From Nitrososphaerota archaeon (GTDB lineage: Archaea; Thermoproteota; Nitrososphaeria; Nitrososphaerales; Gagatemarchaeaceae): a DNA stretch of 64,000 nt. The position numbers and the translations under genes are program-made. The notes beneath the pieces were generated by a model. It was given only the letters and a program-made list of their open reading frames with translations. It was not told the origin of the DNA and did no database searches. Shown here one piece after another: positions 46,147 through 53,083 of the stretch. Every line of letters begins with the position of its first letter. Position 1 is the stretch's first letter. The DNA is taken from assembly GCA_027339745.1 (NCBI GenBank), contig DAHWNW010000002.1, positions 55,725 through 119,724 of the forward strand, in the 5' to 3' direction.

Positions 46147-47088
46147 CTACTGTCCCTTCAGCCCGAGGGAGGCCTGCTCGATGTTAGCGGCCGTCAGCCC
46201 GTACTTGCGGAGAAGCTCCCCCGCCTCGCCGCTCTCCCCGAAGGTATCCATTACGCCGACGCGGCGCATGGGGACCGGGTAACGCTCGCCGAGGACCTCT
46301 GCCACGGCCGAACCCATCCCTCCCATGATGTTGTGCTCCTCGGCGGTAACCACGCGCCCGCACTTCCGGGCGAGCTTCACAAGGGTCTCCGAGTCTATTG
46401 GCTTGATGGTGTGCAGGTCCACCACCGACGCAGAGACCCCCTTCGAGCTAAGGGACTCTGCAGCCTTGAGCGCTTCCGGGACCATGATGCCACAGGCGAC
46501 GATCGCCACGTCCCCCCCTTCCCTCAGGACGTTGGCCCTGCCGAGCTCGTACTGGAAGCCGGCGTCGTAGACGACGGGGGTGGACGACCTCGTGAGCCGG
46601 ACGTAGAAGGGTCCCGGGATCGTCGCTATCGCCTTGATGGAGGCCTTGGTGGAGACGGCGTCTGAAGGGACTATGACCTTCATCTTCGGCACCGCCCTCA
46701 TTATCGCTATGTCTTCGACCTGCTGGTGGGACGCCCCGTCTGGACCCACGGAGATACCTCCGTGCGAGCAGACGATCTTCACGTCAAGGTTCGGATAGGC
46801 GATGTTGTTGCGTATCTGGTCCACCGACTTGCCTGGGACGAATATGGCGTAAGTCCCGGCATAGGCGATCTTCCCTGCCAGGGCCATCCCAGCGGCGATG
46901 GAGACGAGGTTCTGCTCGGCTATACCCACGTTGAAGAACCGCTCAGGGAACTTAGTCGCGAAGACCCCCGACTTCAGCGAGCCCGTGGTATCTGCCCCCA
47001 CGACTACCACGTCCTTGTTCTCCGCGCCCAATTCCAGCAGCGCGTCGCCGTACGCGTCCCTCATGGCGGCCGTCTTGGAGAGCATCAA
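46147..47088 (-). CDS. Transketolase C-terminal subunit
   Basis: GIAEQN, GPDGASHQ, TIKPID, EEH..GG.G and D.FGESG. Confidence 0.93.
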   Translation of the reverse strand: MMLSKTAAMRDAYGDALLELGAENKDVVVVGADTTGSLKSGVFATKFPERFFNVGIAEQNLVSIAAGMALAGKIAYAGTYAIFVPGKSVDQIRNNIAYPNLDVKIVCSHGGISVGPDGASHQQVEDIAIMRAVPKMKVIVPSDAVSTKASIKAIATIPGPFYVRLTRSSTPVVYDAGFQYELGRANVLREGGDVAIVACGIMVPEALKAAESLSSKGVSASVVDLHTIKPIDSETLVKLARKCGRVVTAEEHNIMGGMGSAVAEVLGERYPVPMRRVGVMDTFGESGEAGELLRKYGLTAANIEQASLGLKGQ

Positions 47089-47774
47089 CGCCGCCTCCCC
47101 GCGCTCTCGGCGATCTCCCTCAGCGCCGCTATCGCCCTCACCGGGTCCTTCGTCCCATAGACGCCTGCCCCTGCGACCATGACGTTGCCTCCCCGCCTAA
47201 CGACCTCCCGCACGTTCTCCGGCTCCACCCCCCCGTCGACCTCGATGTCAGTCTCAAGGCCTTTCTCGTCGACGTACTCCCTCGCCTTCTGGAGCTTAGG
47301 GAGGACGGCGGTGTCCATCCTCTGCCCGCTGAAACCGGGGCTCACCGTCATGATGACCAGCGTCGAGATCTTGTCAAGGCGCGCCAGGGCCCACCCTGGG
47401 ACCTCGGTCTCCGGCTTCACTGCCAACCCCACCTCCCGCCCCCTGGCCCTCACGGCTCGAAAAAGTTCGTCGAACCTCCTCTCGTTCAGGACCTCGGCAT
47501 GGAAGGTGACGATGTCTGACCCGGCGTCCAAGAACTTGTCCACGTAGGCCTGCGGGTTCTCCACCATAAGATGAGTATCGAACTTCAGGTCGGTCCTCTG
47601 CCTCAGGGCCTTCACGGTCCCCGGCCCGAAGGTGATGTTGGGGGCGAAGTGACCGTCTATGATGTCTAGGTGCACCTGGTCGGCGCGGCCCCGCACGGCG
47701 ATCTCCACAGCACCTCTCAGGTCCCCCAGGTCCCACGCGATAACAGACGGCGCAATCCTAATCCCGTTCATCAC
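47085..47774 (-). CDS. rpe: Ribulose-phosphate 3-epimerase
   Basis: IAPS, HLDIIDGHFAPNITFG, DTHLM, MTV.PGFSGQ and EVDGG. Confidence 0.93.
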   Translation of the reverse strand: MMNGIRIAPSVIAWDLGDLRGAVEIAVRGRADQVHLDIIDGHFAPNITFGPGTVKALRQRTDLKFDTHLMVENPQAYVDKFLDAGSDIVTFHAEVLNERRFDELFRAVRARGREVGLAVKPETEVPGWALARLDKISTLVIMTVSPGFSGQRMDTAVLPKLQKAREYVDEKGLETDIEVDGGVEPENVREVVRRGGNVMVAGAGVYGTKDPVRAIAALREIAESAGRRR

Positions 47775-47775
47775 A

Positions 47776-48594
47776 TCACCCTAGTTCGCTCAGCACGTCA
47801 CGGAGCTTGTCCTTGGCCGGCGGGGTTCCGTGGTAATGTGGAGACCACTCCATGAACGAGATCCCTTTACCCTTCACCGTGTGGGCTATGATCACGGTCG
47901 GCCTGTTTCTTGTGCTGATCGCAAGGTCAAAGCCGTCCATCAGCTGTGGGAGGTCGTAGCCGTCCACCTCGATCACGTTCCAGTTGAATGCACGCCACTT
48001 CGCAGCCAGGGGCTCCAGAGGCATCACCTGCTCTGTCAGACCGTCCTGCTGGATGCCGTTCCTATCGATTATCGCAGTGAGGTTGTCGAGGCGGAACTTC
48101 GACGCCGCCATGGCTGCCTCCCACACCTGCCCCTCCTGTTGCTCGCCGTCCCCCATGAGCACGTACGTCCGGAACGGCCTTGCGTCAAGCTTGGCCACCA
48201 GGGATGTCCCCACCGCGAGTGATAGTCCGATCCCCTCCGACCCCGCCGGCGCCTCTACGCCAGGGATCCCCATCGAAGGGTGCCCCTGGAGCCGGGAGCC
48301 AATCTTCCGGAGGGTCATCAGCTCTTCGACCGGGAAATAGCCGGCCTGCGCCAGAATCGAATAGAGGAGCGGGGCCGCGTGCCCCTTGCTCAGGAAGAAC
48401 CTGTCCCTGTCTGGCCACTTCGGGTTCTTGGGGTCGTGGCGCATCACGCGGAAGTATAGGGTGACGAGCAGTTCGACCGCGGACAACGACCCCCCGGGGT
48501 GTCCTGATCCAGCCTCCGCCAGTGCCTCGAGTATCAGCTTCCGGGTGTTCCTCGCCGTCTCCTTTAGCCTGACGACCTCCTGGGCTGTCTCCAC
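47776..48594 (-). CDS. Transketolase N-terminal subunit
   Basis: SGHPGGSLS, DRFFLSKGHAAP, LQGHP and TPP-binding GDGE.QEG. Confidence 0.93.
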   Translation of the reverse strand: METAQEVVRLKETARNTRKLILEALAEAGSGHPGGSLSAVELLVTLYFRVMRHDPKNPKWPDRDRFFLSKGHAAPLLYSILAQAGYFPVEELMTLRKIGSRLQGHPSMGIPGVEAPAGSEGIGLSLAVGTSLVAKLDARPFRTYVLMGDGEQQEGQVWEAAMAASKFRLDNLTAIIDRNGIQQDGLTEQVMPLEPLAAKWRAFNWNVIEVDGYDLPQLMDGFDLAISTRNRPTVIIAHTVKGKGISFMEWSPHYHGTPPAKDKLRDVLSELG

Positions 48595-49664
48595 TATCTC
48601 CTCACCGGCACCTGCACTATCCTGCTCACAAAGTCACCCGCGCCGAGCGCCTTCTCTTCGAGGTTGTGCGGCGACAGAGACGCGATCCTGGGGAGCTCGC
48701 TCTTCGCTTGCCCCGCTATGTTGCTGAGGATGGCGGCTTGGTAGGGGTTCCCTCCTGAGGCCACCGCGAGGCTGAAGACCCCGGTCATGGCGTCCCTTAC
48801 CCCCACCTTGCTGAAGAGGTTCTTCTTCCCCTCGATGGGCGGGAAGAGGGTGACGTTCTCCTTGTCGAAGAGCGTGACCCCTTGCTCGCCCCGGGTGACG
48901 AGTATCGCTTTGGACTCCAGGCGGCTCAGGAGGTTGACGCCCATGTTCCTGAGGCTTGTCTCATTGACCATGGCCATCCCGGTGGCGTGCTCCGCCTCTT
49001 CGAGGTTCGACTTTACGTAGGTGACCCCGGAGAAGTCAAGGTAGTGCCTCATTTTCGGCTGCCCCACGATTATCTTCCCCAAAGAGTGCGCGGCCGTCAC
49101 CATCCCTCCGATCAGGTAGCTTGTCACGGCACCCCGGTCGTAGTCAGAGATTATCACGCAGTCGACGTCTGCTATCTGGGGCTCGGCCTCGGCTAGGAGT
49201 CTCTTCGACAGGGGCGCCGGCGCGTCCCTCCTGTCCTCCTTGTCTACCCTCAGGGCGTGGAAGTTGTTCACGAGGTACCATGTCCTGAGCGAGGTCGGCC
49301 TGGAAGAGTCGGTGATCACCCCACTGAAGGAAAGCCCGTACTTCGTGAACTCTGACTTCAGCCAGGTCCCGTACTCGTCTGACCCGACCAGTCCCACCAG
49401 CTTTACCGACGCACCCAGGGAGACCAGCTCCCTTGAGAGGTTGGCAGCGCCCCCGGGCAGGAGCGTCTGCCCCACGAAGTCACCCGCTGGCACCGGAGCC
49501 TCTCGAGCGAGCTTGCGCGCCGCGATTTCGACGAAACGGCTTACGAGAAGGTCGCCCACTACAAGAACCCTACGCCCCTGGAACTGGCGGAGGACCGAGG
49601 CCAGTCGTTCCCCGTCGACCGAGTCCAGCGGCAACCTTTTTTCGGAAATTACTCGGCCAGGCAC
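48594..49664 (-). CDS. PfkB-family kinase, HldE/RfaE domain I-like
   Basis: VLVVGD, EAPVP, PGGAAN, SDY.RG and VTRGEQG. The GAGD motif is altered to GVRD. Confidence 0.8.
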   Translation of the reverse strand: MPGRVISEKRLPLDSVDGERLASVLRQFQGRRVLVVGDLLVSRFVEIAARKLAREAPVPAGDFVGQTLLPGGAANLSRELVSLGASVKLVGLVGSDEYGTWLKSEFTKYGLSFSGVITDSSRPTSLRTWYLVNNFHALRVDKEDRRDAPAPLSKRLLAEAEPQIADVDCVIISDYDRGAVTSYLIGGMVTAAHSLGKIIVGQPKMRHYLDFSGVTYVKSNLEEAEHATGMAMVNETSLRNMGVNLLSRLESKAILVTRGEQGVTLFDKENVTLFPPIEGKKNLFSKVGVRDAMTGVFSLAVASGGNPYQAAILSNIAGQAKSELPRIASLSPHNLEEKALGAGDFVSRIVQVPVRR

Positions 49665-49668
49665 CTAG

Positions 49669-50175
49669 TTAAAGCTTGGGAGGTCTCTGCTCATCCGACG
49701 CCTCCTCCCACTTCTCCGCGAGCAGCTCGCCGACGACCTCGACGGCCCTCCTCAGCTCCCTGTCCATGGCGAGCGGGTCGTACCCCTTAGGGGGCGGGTA
49801 GTCGAGGAACTTCTGGTTGGGGTCTGCCCCGACGAAGTCCTTGCTGGCCTCGTATATGGCCATGAGCGCGGGCCCGTCCAGCTTCCTTAGCTCTGACTTC
49901 CAGGCGTGGTGGAACCCCTTATCTGAAAGGAAGGTGAGCTTGACGTCCCCTTCTGCCTCCTTCTTCACGTCCGCCCAGAAGACTCTGTCGAACTCGCTGG
50001 ACCCGACCTTCCCAGACTTGAGCTTAGACTCATAGGAGCTGATAAGAGCCGGAACCGCTTCTGCGGGTATCTCGAAGTGCGCCGCAATCTGCGCTTCCGT
50101 GAGGCCGAGCCCCTTCAGGTGGTAGGACCCTTCTTCCAGTACCTCCTCGCTGATTTCACTGTCTGATGGAGGCAA
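49669..50175 (-). CDS. Hypothetical protein with possible N-terminal HTH
   Basis: GLTEAQIAAHFEIPAEAV helix-turn-helix pattern; first gene of the run. Confidence 0.6.
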   Translation of the reverse strand: MPPSDSEISEEVLEEGSYHLKGLGLTEAQIAAHFEIPAEAVPALISSYESKLKSGKVGSSEFDRVFWADVKKEAEGDVKLTFLSDKGFHHAWKSELRKLDGPALMAIYEASKDFVGADPNQKFLDYPPPKGYDPLAMDRELRRAVEVVGELLAEKWEEASDEQRPPKL

Positions 50176-50468
50176 CAGTTCGGCTGGCTCCAGCTCGGCT
50201 TTAAGATGTGCGCACCCTCCCTGCAGTCGCGGTGCCCATGCAGTGATTGGGGTGCCTGGTCTGACCCCGGCCTCGAACGTCCATAGAAGTCCGAGGGGCT
50301 GAATCCGTTCAACACGAGGGCGGAAGTACGAAGAGGACGTGGCTGCTGTCTTTTAGATTAGGACGACTGGAAACCCAGAACACACGGGGTGGACCGGCAG
50401 ATGCGCTGGAGTCATGCCCCTTCCCTTTAGCAAGTAGCCGCCGCGCCAGGGACGGGGCGGCCCGGCGG

Positions 50469-50780
50469 TCAGCGCTTCTTGACATACAGATAACCTCCCT
50501 CCTCCCTTACGTCGTAAAGGGGCTCGTCAGGGAGGGGCTCGTCGAATATCCCCTTCCCCGTCTTGAGGTCCCAAACCGTCCCATGCCCGGCGCAGGTGAC
50601 CTCCGTGTCCACCAGGGTCCCCTCAGAGAGGTCCCACTCTTCATGCGTGCAGTAGGCCCCAATCCCATAGTACTTCCCGTCGACGTTGGCGATGAGGATA
50701 GACTCCCCCCCGACCTCTACGGTCAGCATCGAATCAGGCGGGACCTTCGAGGCTTCGACGGCTTTCGCGAAGTCAGCCAT
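50469..50780 (-). CDS. Rieske [2Fe-2S] ferredoxin
   Basis: CTH...CAGH ligand motifs. Confidence 0.92.
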   Translation of the reverse strand: MADFAKAVEASKVPPDSMLTVEVGGESILIANVDGKYYGIGAYCTHEEWDLSEGTLVDTEVTCAGHGTVWDLKTGKGIFDEPLPDEPLYDVREEGGYLYVKKR

Positions 50781-50967
50781 GGCAGGCGCACCCCGGCCGG
50801 GCGCTAAAATCTTTACCCAATCACCCCCTATCCGCCTGCCGTAGCACGTCGTCCGTTCGGTGTCGTCGGGACGATCGCCAGGCGCGAGAATGTGTCAGGC
50901 ACTAGGGACCCCTGGCCGAAGCCCCCGACTCGCAGGGCTGGCCGGGCCTGCCCTGAGCTCGGATGAA

Positions 50968-51675
50968 TCAGTCTGGCCTTGGGGCGGGGGCGGTCATGGC
51001 TTCTTCGAGCTCCTTCAGGTCCTTCAGCGAGTCGACGAACGTCCACTCACCATAATATGGGTAGGAGAGTAGCGCCCCGTAGGTGACTAGTTTGGGGAAG
51101 GTCTCCCTCTCTATGTCCCCCTTGTCAGGCAGGTTCTTCGCGATCCTTGGCCCGTTGAGGACATAGACCCCGCCGTTGATCCATACGTCAGGGAAGGCCG
51201 GCTTCTCGTCGAACCCTCTGATCATCTTGAGCTTGTCTATCTTCACCACGCCGAATCTTGACCGGTAAGGGACCACGAGCATGGAGGCTGAAACCCCGCC
51301 GGCCCCGCCGTAGTCGTCGATCATCCTCTTCAACGGGAGGTCGGTGACGATGTCCCCGTTGGTGACCACGAAGGTCTCTTCGGACGGGTACTTCGCTATA
51401 GCTTTCTTGATCCCGCCGCCTGTCCCGAGTGGCTCGGCCTCCACGGAGTAGTCCACGGCGACCCCTTCGAAGCTCGCCCCGAAGTGCTCCCTCAGCCTCT
51501 CCCACTTGTAGCCGCAGGCGAAGGTCACAGCGTCGACGCCTCCCTCCTTGACCAGCCACTGGATTTGGTACTCGGCGATCGGCTTGCCGTTGACAGGTAT
51601 CAGGGCCTTAGGCTTGTCGTCTGTCAGGGGTCGCAGTCGCATCCCCAGGCCGCCGCTGAGAATGATCGCCCTCAT
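50968..51675 (-). CDS. Sugar-phosphate nucleotidyltransferase
   Basis: ILSGGLGMRLRPLT..PKAL, EPLGTGG, NGD, F.EKP and INGGVY. Confidence 0.9.
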   Translation of the reverse strand: MRAIILSGGLGMRLRPLTDDKPKALIPVNGKPIAEYQIQWLVKEGGVDAVTFACGYKWERLREHFGASFEGVAVDYSVEAEPLGTGGGIKKAIAKYPSEETFVVTNGDIVTDLPLKRMIDDYGGAGGVSASMLVVPYRSRFGVVKIDKLKMIRGFDEKPAFPDVWINGGVYVLNGPRIAKNLPDKGDIERETFPKLVTYGALLSYPYYGEWTFVDSLKDLKELEEAMTAPAPRPD

Positions 51676-51743
51676 CGTCGAGCGGACATCCCTCGGGGAG
51701 ACCGCTCGATAAATGCTTCCCTGGCGTTTTGCGGCGCGTGAGG

Positions 51744-52148
51744 CTACAACGTCACGTTGAGGGAGCCGACGAGAGAGACAGGGACGTCCGTAGCGGTGGT
51801 CGTGAAGACAGTGGCGGTGTATGCCCCCGACGGCACCGTGGGGGACACGGCCACGAAACACTGCACCTCCTGGCCTGCCGAGAATGAACAAGAGGCTACG
51901 TTCCAATAGACGACCTGGCCGGCATGGTTGGTCAAGCCAAGGTAGACGAACGAGGTGAAGGACGTGGCGTAGGTGCTGGTGTAGTTCACCATCACCCCCT
52001 GGTAGCTGCCGATTGTGACCTGCTTCATCCCTGACTGTGAAATCGCGTTGGTGAGGTAGTCTGGGGCCGCCGCGCTGCTGAGAGGCGCCATTGAGACCAG
52101 GAGCAAGCAGACAGCCAGCAGGAACAAACCGGGCAGGTGCGACCTCAA
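51744..52148 (-). CDS. Small secreted protein homologous to the C-terminal domain of the adjacent S-layer-like protein
   Basis: Signal peptide; aligns by eye with the last ~95 aa of 53084-56062. Own TATA-like TTATATA at about 52174-52180. Confidence 0.78.
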   Translation of the reverse strand: MRSHLPGLFLLAVCLLLVSMAPLSSAAAPDYLTNAISQSGMKQVTIGSYQGVMVNYTSTYATSFTSFVYLGLTNHAGQVVYWNVASCSFSAGQEVQCFVAVSPTVPSGAYTATVFTTTATDVPVSLVGSLNVTL

Positions 52149-52295
52149 TCCAAGAGTCGCGTTGCAGTTTCAGTATATAATCCTAACAATGTGAAAGTGC
52201 TCAGCTTGACGGCCAAGCGGACGAAGGCGAGGCGACCTAGCTTGGAAGGGCTGCGTCCCACCAGGACTTGCACCAGAGCTTACGCTAGGGTTGCT

Positions 52296-52307
52296 AAAAT
52301 AAAGAAA
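52296..52307 (-). terminator. T-rich terminator candidate after the slaB-like gene
   Basis: TTTCTTTATTTT on the minus strand about 17 nt past the stop codon. Confidence 0.45.
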
Positions 52308-52323
52308 GGGTCAGGAGAGTCTC

Positions 52324-53070
52324 TTACGAGATCTTCCTGACTAAAATTGCTAGCTCTAGGACTAGGGTTATCGCTGCGAGTACGGCGACTACCAAGACAT
52401 ACGTCTGGGTAGCCGAGATGGCGCTGCCCGAGGGCAACGAAGACTGGATGCTGTTGACCGTTGTCTGGATGCTCCCCACCGTGGAGGTAAGGCCGTTGAT
52501 GTTGCTGAGGATGGTGCCAACGTTGGTGCTGATTGTCCCCACAGTAGAGGAGATTGTCCCCACCGCAGAGGAGACGGTGCCCAACGTCGATGTGATGGCG
52601 GCAAGGTCGTTCATTATCGTCTGCTGGTTCGCCAGCACCTTGTTCAGGGTGGCGTTGACCTGCAGGAGCGCTGCGGTCTCGTTGAACGATGATGACGCCG
52701 GTGCAGTGTATGTGAAGGTGGTTGTACCCGTCGCTCCGTATGAATCGAGGGCCGTGATTGTGTAAGTCCCGCTGATCCAGGCCGACGTTCCGCCGACAGC
52801 CGTCGAATAGGTGAACGAGCCGCTTGAGACGGTCACGCTCGCAATGTCGACTGTCTGGCCTGATGGGTTCTTTACGGTGAGACCCACCTGGTCGGGTTGG
52901 GTCGGTGCGGGGCTTATGGTGCCGGAGATCGTGTAGGCCTGCGAGCCGCTGTATGAGGCGCCGGCCGCTGGGCTGGTGAACGTTATGCTACCAGCAGCGG
53001 TGGCGATCATAGGCGAAAGCGCAAGGACCAGCGCGATCGAGACTGCGGCGATTGCTGGGAGTGTCTTCAT
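52324..53070 (-). CDS. SlaB-like S-layer anchor (signal peptide, Ig-like domain, coiled-coil stalk, C-terminal TM)
   Basis: Heptad repeats (STVGTIS-like) followed by YVLVVAVLAAITLVLELAILVRKIS. Directly downstream of the large secreted protein. Confidence 0.75.
   Translation of the reverse strand: MKTLPAIAAVSIALVLALSPMIATAAGSITFTSPAAGASYSGSQAYTISGTISPAPTQPDQVGLTVKNPSGQTVDIASVTVSSGSFTYSTAVGGTSAWISGTYTITALDSYGATGTTTFTYTAPASSSFNETAALLQVNATLNKVLANQQTIMNDLAAITSTLGTVSSAVGTISSTVGTISTNVGTILSNINGLTSTVGSIQTTVNSIQSSLPSGSAISATQTYVLVVAVLAAITLVLELAILVRKIS
52510..52593. repeat. Degenerate 21-nt tandem repeats encoding stalk heptads
   Basis: gattgtccccacagtagagga (52531) and gattgtccccaccgcagagga (52552), plus two looser flanking units. 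Confidence 0.7.
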
Positions 53071-53083
53071 GGTGGCCACCCGA

